Of a DNA stretch of 64,000 bases, positions 21,001 through 30,183 are shown in pieces; the stretch's first letter is position 1; each line of letters opens with the position of its first letter. This DNA comes from Candidatus Altimarinota bacterium (lineage in GTDB: Bacteria > Patescibacteriota > Gracilibacteria > CAIRYL01 > GCA-016699755), in the NCBI GenBank assembly GCA_963664295.1, contig OY760935.1:1120001-1184000 (forward strand), read 5' to 3'. A program made the position numbers and the translations under genes. The notes beneath the pieces are model-generated. The model did no database searches and was not told the DNA's origin. It saw only the letters and a list, made by a program, of their open reading frames with translations.

Positions 21001-22726
21001 CAAGTGCAGAATGCAAAGAATTAACTCTTTCTTGTAAAATCGCACCACTTTCTTGAGCTGTAGCAATTTGTTTATCAATGCTTGTTTGCAAATTATTCGC
21101 AAGTTTTTCTTTGTCTTTTGGTGCTTCTGCAGAGCGAAAAGTAATACTCATCAAATCCTTGCCTTGTTCTAAAATATCTTGCAATCCTTGGTCTAATTTA
21201 TTGCCACTTTTGCCGAAAAAATCTTGATATAAAGCAGTTTTTTGTATTGTTTTTGCTTTTTTTAGATCAAAAGTTTTTTCCAAAAATCCTTTTTCTTTAG
21301 CTAAAAATAATTCCTCATCAATTTTTGGACTTGTTTGTACAAGTTTGGCAATTTTTTGTTCATCAACACCAAATTCATCAGCAAGTTGAGCTGTTTCTGG
21401 TAATAATGTAGATGAAAAATAAATCTCACCAGTACGCAAAGCTTGAATAAGCTTAGCCTGATCTGCTGGACTTATATTAAAATCAGTAAAAAACTCATGC
21501 ACATCTTGTCTTTTTAGAAAATTTGCATCAGCTAAGTCAGCTCTAAGAATGGTTTTTCCGTCAAAAGATTTGCCATCAACTTTGTTGATATCATGATATA
21601 TTTTTGCCAAAGCTCTTTTTGCACGATTGTATTTTTGGCGCACATCATCAGCTTTTTCTTTAAATTTATCAATTTGTGTAAATATTTTTTCTACATCAGC
21701 AATTTCTTCAGGATCACCCCAGCCATGTTCTTGAATTTCTTGAAAAGCTTTTTTAGTTTTTCCTTCAGATTTTTCAATTATTTCAACTTGTGCTCTTAAT
21801 GCACGAATTTGTTTCTTAAAATTTGCCTTTATCTCATTGGCTAAATTAGGGTCGTCGTAAGCAATGTCAATAATACTAAACACAAGCCCGCTTTCTGTAT
21901 CTGGATCGCCAAACAATCTTTCCAATTCTCTGTTTACTGCACCAACTCCTTGACGAATTAAATTAGCAAGCTCTTGTTCTAATGAATTTTGTAGGCTTTG
22001 TAGATTATTTTGTTTTTCTTGTTCGTTTTCCGAGCTTAAGGTTTGCTCTAGTTTTTTGATTATTTCTGGATTTATTCCTTGTTTTTTTAAGTTACGAATA
22101 TCGCTCGCATATTTTTCAGTTAAAACAACAGATGTATTGTTTTCTTGTGCTGTATTTACAGCTAAATTTAAATCACCTCTATCTTTAATAATTTTTTCTG
22201 CTATTTCATTTGCATTTGCAACACCCATACTTTCTGCAAGTTTTGCCCATGCTTTCAAAGCTTCTGGGTCGGCAAGTTTTTCTTTGTGTTTTTTTGCAAA
22301 ATCTTTAGTACATTCTTTAAGTATATTTTTTCTGAGCACAGTCTTATTGTCATTTTTACCATAAGCAACAATCCACTGAAGATGACCAAGTAGATCAGCT
22401 AAATCATCAGCATTGCGAGTTAGCGCCATGGCTTCTGCAATAGAAAGTCCAGCAAAAACTTGCTCTTGTGCTGGATCAAGGTATCCAGCAGGCAAATCAA
22501 GATTGCCCAAAATTATTTCATTATCTTCTTGTAATAATTCTTGAATTTTTTCTTGTTCCTGCTCTGTTAGCTGTGGATTTTTTTGTTCTTGTCGCAAAAA
22601 AGCTTTTTCAGCTGTATTTAAACCCTCTTGTTCCAGTAAGGTTTTAATTTGTGCTAATTTTTCTTTTTGATCGCCATCTTCTGAAAGTTGAGAAATTTGT
22701 CCACTATTCATTTGCAAAAAAGGCAT
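18062..22726 (-). CDS. Very large helical protein with an HExxH zincin-like motif
   Basis: 1573-aa ORF (ATG 22726, MPFLQ, is a plausible start); ALAHEIAHAVD and a downstream REIFAH; coiled-coil-rich; no signal peptide. Confidence 0.8.
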   Translation of the reverse strand: MPFLQMNSGQISQLSEDGDQKEKLAQIKTLLEQEGLNTAEKAFLRQEQKNPQLTEQEQEKIQELLQEDNEIILGNLDLPAGYLDPAQEQVFAGLSIAEAMALTRNADDLADLLGHLQWIVAYGKNDNKTVLRKNILKECTKDFAKKHKEKLADPEALKAWAKLAESMGVANANEIAEKIIKDRGDLNLAVNTAQENNTSVVLTEKYASDIRNLKKQGINPEIIKKLEQTLSSENEQEKQNNLQSLQNSLEQELANLIRQGVGAVNRELERLFGDPDTESGLVFSIIDIAYDDPNLANEIKANFKKQIRALRAQVEIIEKSEGKTKKAFQEIQEHGWGDPEEIADVEKIFTQIDKFKEKADDVRQKYNRAKRALAKIYHDINKVDGKSFDGKTILRADLADANFLKRQDVHEFFTDFNISPADQAKLIQALRTGEIYFSSTLLPETAQLADEFGVDEQKIAKLVQTSPKIDEELFLAKEKGFLEKTFDLKKAKTIQKTALYQDFFGKSGNKLDQGLQDILEQGKDLMSITFRSAEAPKDKEKLANNLQTSIDKQIATAQESGAILQERVNSLHSALAKNDLPNDTRAQIKKDLQETQKALANVPNEEDVAKFRTAGNEGLNMIDAGDPLHLTRLQGFSSWLQDSADDIKTANTRLSKNNVALGGAGTAEEVKKALKIGTEVNTITEELADIKADLIPKEAQLDQKTEKFLELKNLLIRLRNGEQINKEDLLSFKNPDDSPVFNIIADNEWKHEHLRGEITKKGSGYAIYLKESEITGGALAHEIAHAVDFFANEKANKKLMATIKDFPEFADWKKRFEAWKSTENTKRREQGFKTTKARFEREIFAHLLAKDFDGEIGKIAHEIDQKLAKAGISAENFLPTEDDLKSGLLEKFFQHGDMRSEAAEEIETGSTLDPKRVKKMRAMFTVKEKLIRNKLADIKKGKLSGKTEFTTGAEDIIANCKSFLENAKTEEELEAVIKKMEELNGKASEVLSISTEKSDIQPGYFKNLWDSTTFLSVRDLRRFWETYVEYTERRYNTNSKRRTGDAGCAMFNGINDDLAAEFGLLSQSAEKEEVSKYGEPLENMDGWQVYERIEQNGNNIDVLKACMRDLAKKGMIDWRNQIIKDAFMRCGAPVRFYPGDDLNIQVLKQKYQKACAAFWDNDEFRTLDRDNNSSYDSKKDGYDNEANLTNDLRGALANMLLEKRKLGDKARVDPMRYEKFVDYSIPMGKMLAEDVIYYIIMGVKEGILTPERALKLDNAYLNDLPIINYFTSYEPTMAEYQKWGSMFETENGKMPVTFRNWLNTNFMTSKRVLERTIKSSSQAKWDHDYAPMVASIGDSTSAKTITASDHGNPKFVPTFYPNAINGMLMHMTDVANHSHEMSKEDLTAWLARQTGYIATTDAILYGKIYKKGDYHQMSQSDINKTNRIPGYNGDTNKDALTTGEMSDRLRLILTNIDPEFFGTLFSVRDENAPDTQEKFEHLKNLLAGRLSYAVDPGRAEPQKLEDIFEILEPLTLAILQKNSTALNKTLEGAREVFKKDHGGNDAGEIVWNGD

Positions 22727-22944
22727 TCTAACTTCTAAAAAGAAGTTTTTTTTCTGTCCGCCTTTTTGTGGGATTGCTCTCATTAGATTTTATATTCCCA
22801 AAATCTTAATATTATCTCATAAAATCGAGCAAAAATCAATGCTTACCTTGGTTTTTATGTGTAAAAAATATTAAGATTTTTATCTTTTTACACCTAAAAA
22901 AATCTTTTGTCAAGAAAAAGGCATGAAAATAAGAATAGGAAAAA

Positions 22945-23787
22945 CTAGATTTGCCCCTTTGCAGAGCGCGCAGAGTGACATTGAATATTTACAGCCACAG
23001 GCATAGAAGCAATATGACAAGGTGCTTGTTCAATGTGCACACCAAGAATAGATTCTTTTCCACCATATCCCATAGCACCAATTTTTAATTTATTTACTTC
23101 TTTAAGAATTTTTCCTTCTAGCTGAGCGTATTTTTTGTTTTTATTTTTCGTGCCTAATTCTCTGCTAATTGCTTTTTTTGCCAATGTGCCCACGCTATCA
23201 AAACTGCTACCAATACCAATACCTAAAACAAAAGGAGGGCAAGCTGAGCCACCAGCTTTTTTTGCAGTATCAGTAATAAAATCAATAATTCCTTGTTCTC
23301 CGTCTGCTGGCACAAGCATTTTTAATCTACTTTTGTTTTCAGCTCCTCCTCCTTTTGGTAAAAATTTTATCTTAATTTTATCTCCCTTGATTTGCTCAAG
23401 ATGAATAAAAGCAGGTAGATTATCCCCTTTGTTTTTGCGCTCAAAAAGCGGATCAACAACGGTAGATTTTCTTAAATAAAATTTTTTATAAGCTTTTTTT
23501 GTTGCTCTGTTAATTATTTTTTTAATTGGCTCAGAAAGCAAAACCTCATTGCCAATTTCAATAAAAAAAATAGCCAAACCAGTGTCCTGACAAAGAGGTA
23601 ATTCCTCTTTTTCTGCAATTTCCCAATTTTTCTGAGCTTGGCTCAAAGCTGTTTTTGAGAGCTTGTTAGTTTCTTTGTTTGCCAGTTGGTTTATTTTTGT
23701 GCGCACTTTTTTTGGTAAAACAAAATTTGCCTCATAAATAAGTTTTTCAACCAAAGCCTCAATTTTTTTTGACTCAATTTTTTTCAT
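22945..23787 (-). CDS. Class I (Fe-S) fumarate hydratase/tartrate dehydratase, alpha subunit
   Basis: PLCQDTG, KGGGAEN, ACPP, GIGIG, HIASMPVAVNIQCHSAR. Confidence 0.93.
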   Translation of the reverse strand: MKKIESKKIEALVEKLIYEANFVLPKKVRTKINQLANKETNKLSKTALSQAQKNWEIAEKEELPLCQDTGLAIFFIEIGNEVLLSEPIKKIINRATKKAYKKFYLRKSTVVDPLFERKNKGDNLPAFIHLEQIKGDKIKIKFLPKGGGAENKSRLKMLVPADGEQGIIDFITDTAKKAGGSACPPFVLGIGIGSSFDSVGTLAKKAISRELGTKNKNKKYAQLEGKILKEVNKLKIGAMGYGGKESILGVHIEQAPCHIASMPVAVNIQCHSARSAKGQI

Positions 23788-23837
23788 AAATTTACTATTT
23801 TTGTATTACTGTACTGGTACACTAATACGGTAATACA

Positions 23838-24098
23838 TTAAATTATTTTAATTAACTTAATTCTATCTGTTTTTCCGGAAATAATCTCCACTTCTGCGCC
23901 AAATTTTTTCTTAAAAAACTTAATTATTTCTTTATTAGCTTTATTTTTTTCTGGCACTGCATTAACCCGCATTTTCCATGTTTCATGGTCTAATTTTTCA
24001 CTTATTTCTGTTTTTTGTGCATTGGGAATTGCTTTTATTTTAATATAAAAAGGTTTTTCTTGCTGATTATTTAAAAATTCCTGCATTTTTTCGTTCAT
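23838..24098 (-). CDS. DUF167/YggU-family protein
   Basis: IKAIPNA, VNAVPEKNKANKEII, IISGKTDRIK. Confidence 0.88.
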   Translation of the reverse strand: MNEKMQEFLNNQQEKPFYIKIKAIPNAQKTEISEKLDHETWKMRVNAVPEKNKANKEIIKFFKKKFGAEVEIISGKTDRIKLIKII

Positions 24099-25333
24099 TT
24101 TTTTGATTTTAAGTAATCTTTTTTCAAAATTTCCATTAAAAATGTGTCATGAAATTTATTTTCTTTGTAATAAAATTTTTTTAGCTCGCCTACATAGCGA
24201 AAACCACATTTTTCATAAACACGACAAGCAGGCTTATTAGCTTTATATACATAAAGAGAAACTCGTTCAAAGTCAGCTATCTCAAAAGCAAATCGCAATA
24301 ATCCTTGCAAAACTTCAGTGGCAATGCCCTGACCCCAATATTTTTTTTCACCAATCACAATACCAAATTCCAAAGAAAAACTATTGCAAGGATGCACTCT
24401 AAGTGATGTATTGCCTATTGGTTTTTTGGTTTTTTTATCTATAATCGAAAGTTGAAAATTGCGTAAATCTTTTTTGGAGCTTATGTAAAACTCTTCCTCC
24501 ATTTCATAATTAACAGGAGGGACAATGCTTTTAAGATACTTAACAACCTTTTTGTCGTTAAACCATTTTACCCAGGCATTTAAGTCATTTTTTTCTGATA
24601 ATCGTAAAATTAATCTTTTTGTCTTTAAGGGAAAAGCGTTTTTGCGTAATTGTAAAAAGTTTTTTTCATCATCAGGCACACCTTTTAAGTTTTTAAATTG
24701 CCATTTTTCAATCTTCGCATGATTACCAGAGCGAAGAACTTTTGGTACTTTCATGCCCTTGAAATCAGCTGGACGAGTATATTGCGGAAATTCTTTTTGA
24801 TAAAATAATTCCTCAGAAAAACTTTCTTTGTCCAAGCTTTCTTCGCCACCCACAACTCCAGGAATAAGTCTAGCAACAGAATCAATAAGACACATAGCCG
24901 GCAGTTCGCCACCAGTTAAAACAAAATCGCCAATAGAAATTTCCTCATCAACAAGCTCATCTCGCACTCTCTGGTCAATTCCCTCAAAATGACCACAAAG
25001 TAAAATTAAATTATTTTTTTCCTGTGCCAGTTTTTCAGATTTTTGTTGCGTTAGGTTTTTTCCTTGAGGTGTCAGAAAAATTACTTTTGCTTTTTTTCCT
25101 GATTTTTTCTTTGCCCATTTTATGGCTTCAAAAAGAGGCTCTGGCTTCATCAGCATTCCCGCACCACCACCAAAAGGCACATCATCAACATTTTTTCTTT
25201 TGCCACTTGCAAAATCACGAATGTTTTTTGTTTCAATATTAATTAATTTTTGATCTTGCGCACGCTTGATTATGCTCTCTGCAAAAGGGCTTTCAAACAT
25301 TTCCGGAAAAAGTGTGAGCACAAGGAATTTCAT
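24095..25333 (-). CDS. trmD: tRNA (guanine37-N1)-methyltransferase fused to a C-terminal RimJ/RimL GNAT acetyltransferase
   Basis: LTLFPEMF, VDDVPFGGGAGM, CGHFEGIDQR, SIGDFVLTGGE, PQYTRP; then KTKRLILR, YWGQGIATE, N..A..VYEKCGF. Confidence 0.93.
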   Translation of the reverse strand: MKFLVLTLFPEMFESPFAESIIKRAQDQKLINIETKNIRDFASGKRKNVDDVPFGGGAGMLMKPEPLFEAIKWAKKKSGKKAKVIFLTPQGKNLTQQKSEKLAQEKNNLILLCGHFEGIDQRVRDELVDEEISIGDFVLTGGELPAMCLIDSVARLIPGVVGGEESLDKESFSEELFYQKEFPQYTRPADFKGMKVPKVLRSGNHAKIEKWQFKNLKGVPDDEKNFLQLRKNAFPLKTKRLILRLSEKNDLNAWVKWFNDKKVVKYLKSIVPPVNYEMEEEFYISSKKDLRNFQLSIIDKKTKKPIGNTSLRVHPCNSFSLEFGIVIGEKKYWGQGIATEVLQGLLRFAFEIADFERVSLYVYKANKPACRVYEKCGFRYVGELKKFYYKENKFHDTFLMEILKKDYLKSKK

Positions 25334-25408
25334 ACAAAACTAATTTTCGCATAAACTTGTGATTTTTCCAAAAAAGTGAAAAAATAAATTCGATTTAATT
25401 ATTTTTAA

Positions 25409-26824
25409 ATGAAAAAGAAGGCCATTGTTTTTTTGCTTTTAATCCTAGTTGTTGGTGCAGGTGCTTTTTGGGCTCATCAAGAAAAAGAAGAAACAGAAGA
25501 CGCAAACGAGATGCTAAGATTTATTCCTGCAAATTCATTTATGATTACTGATAGTTTTGGATTTATGCCTAAAAACTCAAAATTCCATGTTGTTTCAGGC
25601 GGAATAATGCACTTTGACAAAATAAATTTTGACTCAGATGAGCCTTTAACAAGTGAGGAGCTTCAAATTATTGAGGTGGTTAAGGGTGCTAATCAAGAAG
25701 AGATAGAAGAACTTGTAAATCAAATGTCAGCGTTTACTTATCAAGAATATGTTTATCAAAAAGTTGGCGATCTTTATTTAATTTCCAATAGTCAAGAATT
25801 TTTAGAAGAAGTGCAAAAAGAAGATTTTCAATCAATTGTTGGCAATGAAGAATATTTAAGCCTTAAGGGTAAATTACCTAAAGATAAAAACAACTTAAGC
25901 GCTATTTTAATGCCAAACGCCTTAGGTTTGGATAATAATCCAATTGAAAGCGCTTTTATGGTGATGGATATAAATTATGAAAATGAACTAGAATCAGTTT
26001 TGTCAGAAGGAGAAGTTAGATTTAATCCTGAGCAATTAGCAAAATGGAGAATTTCTATAGGCAGTGAGGGTGATGAGTTTTCATTGGCAAAAAAAATAAT
26101 CAATAATAATTCCTGGTTTTTGTTAGAAATTAGCGATTTTGCTGATAAATTGCGTTTTATTGAAGATATAGTTGCCAAAAATCATCCACTTGGCAATACA
26201 GTAGTAAAAAATGGCAAAAAACAATTTGAAATCAGCACAGGATTAAACTTAGAAGAAGATATTTATGCCTGGCTAGACAAATCAGTAGCTATTTATGTCT
26301 CAAAAAGTGAAACAGAAATGCCAGATATTTCTTTATTAGTGGATGTAAGTAGTAATTCAGAAAAAGCACAGGAAATAATAAATAAAGCAAATCAATATTT
26401 GTCTCTTTGGCTTCAATTAGATGAAAATCTTAATGGAAAAATAAAAATTAGCAAGCTTGATAATGGTTTTACTCGTTATAAATTAAAAGAAGGTGAGTCT
26501 TTTTCTGAGGCAATTGAATTTGAGAATTTTTTACAAGAAAGAGGAATTAGTTGGGGCATTAATGAGGATAGTATCTTGGTAATCACTAGTGCTGATCTTG
26601 ATAATTTATTTCCAACAGAAGCAAAAGATTTGCCAGAAGGTTATCAAAAAGGAAAAGCTCTTGTTTATTGGAATATGTCTTTTGAAGATTTACCAAATTA
26701 TGATCAAATTAAAGACATAATGAATGAATATTATGGAGATAAAAAGTTTGCAAATGCGTATATAAATTTTAAAACAGAAAAAAATAAAATTATTTTTGAT
26801 GCACTTGTAAATTTTTTTGAATAA
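25409..26824 (+). CDS. Exported or membrane-anchored protein (DUF3352-like)
   Basis: N-terminal TM; RFIPANS and TGLNLEEDIYAWL resemble DUF3352; family call tentative. Confidence 0.6.
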   Translation: MKKKAIVFLLLILVVGAGAFWAHQEKEETEDANEMLRFIPANSFMITDSFGFMPKNSKFHVVSGGIMHFDKINFDSDEPLTSEELQIIEVVKGANQEEIEELVNQMSAFTYQEYVYQKVGDLYLISNSQEFLEEVQKEDFQSIVGNEEYLSLKGKLPKDKNNLSAILMPNALGLDNNPIESAFMVMDINYENELESVLSEGEVRFNPEQLAKWRISIGSEGDEFSLAKKIINNNSWFLLEISDFADKLRFIEDIVAKNHPLGNTVVKNGKKQFEISTGLNLEEDIYAWLDKSVAIYVSKSETEMPDISLLVDVSSNSEKAQEIINKANQYLSLWLQLDENLNGKIKISKLDNGFTRYKLKEGESFSEAIEFENFLQERGISWGINEDSILVITSADLDNLFPTEAKDLPEGYQKGKALVYWNMSFEDLPNYDQIKDIMNEYYGDKKFANAYINFKTEKNKIIFDALVNFFE

Positions 26825-27415
26825 ATGAGGAGAAAAATTGAAATTCTTGAAATTCGTCGGCAATCAGCACATTTGCTTTATGGGTTTATTTTAGCGGTTT
26901 CGCTTTATTTAAAAATTATTGATCCTTATTTCTTGTTGGGTGTTTTATTTATTGCCTTTGGGCTTTCTTTGTTTTCTTGCAGGTCGAGTATTCCTGTTTT
27001 TTGCAAATTTCTTCATGTTTTTGAGCGCAAAAAAGATCTTAAAAAATTACCAGGAAAAGGTCTTTTGTTTTTTACCCTTGGAGCTACACTGACTACTATT
27101 TTGTTCCCTCTTAATATCGCGGTTGCTAGTATTTTGATTTTGTCTTTTGGTGACTCAGTTTCACATATTTTTGGTCGTCATTTTGGTCGCACAAAAACCC
27201 CATTTCATGATAAAAAATATATTGAGGGGTCTATTTTTGGAATTTTGGTTTCTGCGCTTGCGGCTTCGTTTTTTGTGCCTTCTTGGAGCGCGCTTTTGGC
27301 AAGTACAGTTGCTATGATACTGGAATTTCCAGAAATAAAAATTAAAGGAATATTGATTGATGATAATATTATTGTGCCCCTTGGTGCTGGCTTGACTATG
27401 TATTTACTTGTTTAA
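26825..27415 (+). CDS. Dolichol/phytol-kinase-like (SEC59/VTE5, CTP-dependent) membrane kinase
   Basis: RQSAHL, GDSVSHIFGRHFG, KYIEGS, DDNIIVP motifs. Confidence 0.85.
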   Translation: MRRKIEILEIRRQSAHLLYGFILAVSLYLKIIDPYFLLGVLFIAFGLSLFSCRSSIPVFCKFLHVFERKKDLKKLPGKGLLFFTLGATLTTILFPLNIAVASILILSFGDSVSHIFGRHFGRTKTPFHDKKYIEGSIFGILVSALAASFFVPSWSALLASTVAMILEFPEIKIKGILIDDNIIVPLGAGLTMYLLV

Positions 27416-27771
27416 TGCTTAAAAAAACAGGCAAAAAAGGTGAGGACATTGCAGTTAGTTTTTTACAACAGAAAAAATATAAGATTTTAGATCAAAATTT
27501 TTGTATTCGCGGTGGAGAAATTGATATTATTGCGGAAAAAGATGAGCAAATTGTTTTTGTGGAAGTTAAAACTAGAAAAAACAAAAAATTTGGAGAAATT
27601 ATTGAGCAAATTAGTAAAAATAAACAGAATTTTTTAATAAATTCAGCAAATAATTATTTATTTCAAAAAGAATTAACAGAAAAAAACTGGCGAATTGATG
27701 TAATTACAGTTTTTTTATCTGATCAAGAGCCAAAAATAGAACACATTAAAAACGCTATTACTTATTTGTAG
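27415..27771 (+). CDS. YraN family (UPF0102) putative endonuclease
   Basis: GKKGEDIA, GEIDIIA, VFVEVKTR, RIDVI. Confidence 0.93.
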   Translation: MLKKTGKKGEDIAVSFLQQKKYKILDQNFCIRGGEIDIIAEKDEQIVFVEVKTRKNKKFGEIIEQISKNKQNFLINSANNYLFQKELTEKNWRIDVITVFLSDQEPKIEHIKNAITYL

Positions 27772-28535
27772 TGTTTTTTTGAAAAATAAAAAACAATTAT
27801 TCCAAAAAAAATAGTTAATATTGCTAGTATTTGCCCCATTGTCAAAAAGCTTATTATAAAGCCAAGTTGAGAGTCCGGCTCTCTGATAAATTCTGTTAAA
27901 AACCGAAAAGAGCCAATTAAAATTAAAAACAAACTGGAAATAAATCCTATTTTTGGTTTTATTTTTAAATAAATATAAAAAAGAATAAAAAATATAGTGA
28001 GATTTTTAAATGAGTCTATTAACTGAGATGGCCAGCGCGCAACTCCATCACCAAAATCACAACCCATAAAAAATTCAGTTTCTCTGCCAATTAGCTCACC
28101 ATTAACAAAATTGCCAATTCTACCCAAGCAAAGGGCAAAAACAAAGCCAATTACAATTAAATCTGTGATGTATAGAAATTTTTGTTTTTTTATTTTTGTG
28201 TAAATCCAAAGAGAGAGTGTGCCACCAATAATTCCACCATGCACACTAATTCCGCCTTGCCAAATTGCAAATATTTTTTCTGGATTTGCAGTAAAGTAAT
28301 CAAAATTATAAATCAAAACATAAAAAATTCTTGAGCCTATTATTCCGCCAATTAAAGCCCAAAAAATATAATCAAAAATTTCCTCTTTTTTTATTTTGTT
28401 ATCTCTTTTTGTTAAGTATTTAATAATAAAATAGCCAAAAATTACACCCAAGGTGGCTAAGACTCCATAGGTATGGATTTGAAAATTCCCTAAATCCAAA
28501 AGGACTTTTGGAAAAATATTTTGGCAATTAAGCAT
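27762..28535 (-). CDS. lgt: Prolipoprotein diacylglyceryl transferase
   Basis: IGSRIFYV, IWQGGISVHGG, GRIGNFVNGE, RFLTEFIREPD. Confidence 0.95.
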   Translation of the reverse strand: MLNCQNIFPKVLLDLGNFQIHTYGVLATLGVIFGYFIIKYLTKRDNKIKKEEIFDYIFWALIGGIIGSRIFYVLIYNFDYFTANPEKIFAIWQGGISVHGGIIGGTLSLWIYTKIKKQKFLYITDLIVIGFVFALCLGRIGNFVNGELIGRETEFFMGCDFGDGVARWPSQLIDSFKNLTIFFILFYIYLKIKPKIGFISSLFLILIGSFRFLTEFIREPDSQLGFIISFLTMGQILAILTIFFGIIVFYFSKKHYK

Positions 28536-28536
28536 A

Positions 28537-29100
28537 TTAAAATTTTACTTCAGGGACTTTTTTTATCTCTTCGCCTTCATCAGCCTCAAAAAATTCTTCT
28601 TTTGTAAATCCGTGATTTTTGGCAACAAAATTAGAAGGAAAACTTTCTACTTTTATATTCATTGCTGTGACATTGGCATTGTATATTCTTCTAGCAGAGG
28701 CAATTTGGTCTTCTGTTTCTGATAACTCTTCTTGTAATTGCATAAAACTAGCATTTGCTTTTAGGTCTGGATAATTTTCTGAAAGAGCAAAAATAGATTT
28801 TAATGTATTTGTTAAAACACTTTCTGCTTTTGCTTGGTCTGCGATTTTGCCATCTGGCACCGCTATTGCATCAGAGCGAGCTTGAACAACTTTTTCAAAA
28901 GTTTCTTTTTCATGTCCAGCATAGCCCTGCACAGTATTAACAAGATTTGGTATTAAGTCGTATCTTCTTTTTAATTGCACGTCTATTCCGCTCCAAGCTT
29001 CTTTTACTTTTTGTCTTAGTTTTACGAGGCCATTGTAAATAGACACATAAAAAACAGCCACGACCACCAAAAGAATTACTAAAATCATGAATCCGCTCAT
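28537..29100 (-). CDS. lemA: LemA family protein
   Basis: YNGLV, WSGIDVQLKRRYDLIPNLV, ENYPDLKA; start taken at ATG 29100. Confidence 0.93.
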   Translation of the reverse strand: MSGFMILVILLVVVAVFYVSIYNGLVKLRQKVKEAWSGIDVQLKRRYDLIPNLVNTVQGYAGHEKETFEKVVQARSDAIAVPDGKIADQAKAESVLTNTLKSIFALSENYPDLKANASFMQLQEELSETEDQIASARRIYNANVTAMNIKVESFPSNFVAKNHGFTKEEFFEADEGEEIKKVPEVKF

Positions 29101-29172
29101 TTTATTTGAAAAAATCTCTCTTAATTTAATAAAAATATCCTTAAAAGTCAAAAATTATGGCAGAATATAAAT

Positions 29173-30183
29173 ATGCTTATTTTGGGAATAGAAACATCTT
29201 GTGATGAAACAGCAGTGGCAATTGTAAAAAATGGAAAAGAAGTGATTTCCAATATTATTGCTTCGTCTATTGATTTGCATCAGGAGACCGGAGGGGTTGT
29301 GCCAGAGATTGCGGCTCGTGATTCGGCTAATAAGATTATTTCGGTTGTAAACAAAGCCTTAGAGGAAGCAGAGATAATTTGGCAAGACATTGATGCAATT
29401 GCTGTGGCGAATGGGCCTGGGCTTCCTGGAAGCTTGATGGTTGGCATTGAAACTGCTCGTGTTTTGGCTTTTGTTCATAAAAAGCCTTTAATTCCTGTTT
29501 ATCATATTATGGGACACATTTATTCTAATATTTTAGATAGAGGTGTGCCCAATTTTCCTGTTTTGGTCTTGACTGTTTCTGGTGGGCATAATAATTTGCT
29601 CATTTGGAAAGACTTTTTAGATTTTGAGATACTTGGCGAAACTCTTGATGATGCTGGAGGTGAAGCTTTTGATAAAGTAGCAAAAATGCTTGATTTAGGT
29701 TTTCCTGGTGGACCGATTGTATCGAAGTTGGCAGAAAAAGGAGATAGGCAAAAATATAAATTTCCACGTCCAATGGCACAAAGTAATGATTTTAATTTTT
29801 CTTATTCCGGCTTAAAAACTGCAGTTTTATATACTTTGCGTGATGAGGGGGAAATTACTGAAAATGTTAAAGCAGACGTTTGTGCTTCTTTTGAAGAGGC
29901 AATTGTTGATTCTTTGTTGATTAAGCTAAAAAAAGCAGTAAAAAAATACAAACCAACAGAAATTCATTTAGCTGGTGGAGTTTCTGCAAATAAGCGCTTG
30001 CAGGAAGTTGTTGGTGATTATTGTGAAAAAAATAAGATTAAGTTTTTGAAACCAGCAAAGATGATTTATTCCACTGATAATGGGGCCATGGTGGCGAGTG
30101 CTGGTTATTTTATATATAAAAAATCTCCAACAAAGAATTGGAGATTTGAAGACGTAAAATTAAAATTGGATTATTCTTTTTAA
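29173..30183 (+). CDS. tsaD: tRNA t6A37 threonylcarbamoyltransferase
   Basis: LGIETSCDET, GGVVPE, GPGL, HIMGH, VSGGH, DDAGGEAFDK, TDNGAM. Confidence 0.96.
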   Translation: MLILGIETSCDETAVAIVKNGKEVISNIIASSIDLHQETGGVVPEIAARDSANKIISVVNKALEEAEIIWQDIDAIAVANGPGLPGSLMVGIETARVLAFVHKKPLIPVYHIMGHIYSNILDRGVPNFPVLVLTVSGGHNNLLIWKDFLDFEILGETLDDAGGEAFDKVAKMLDLGFPGGPIVSKLAEKGDRQKYKFPRPMAQSNDFNFSYSGLKTAVLYTLRDEGEITENVKADVCASFEEAIVDSLLIKLKKAVKKYKPTEIHLAGGVSANKRLQEVVGDYCEKNKIKFLKPAKMIYSTDNGAMVASAGYFIYKKSPTKNWRFEDVKLKLDYSF

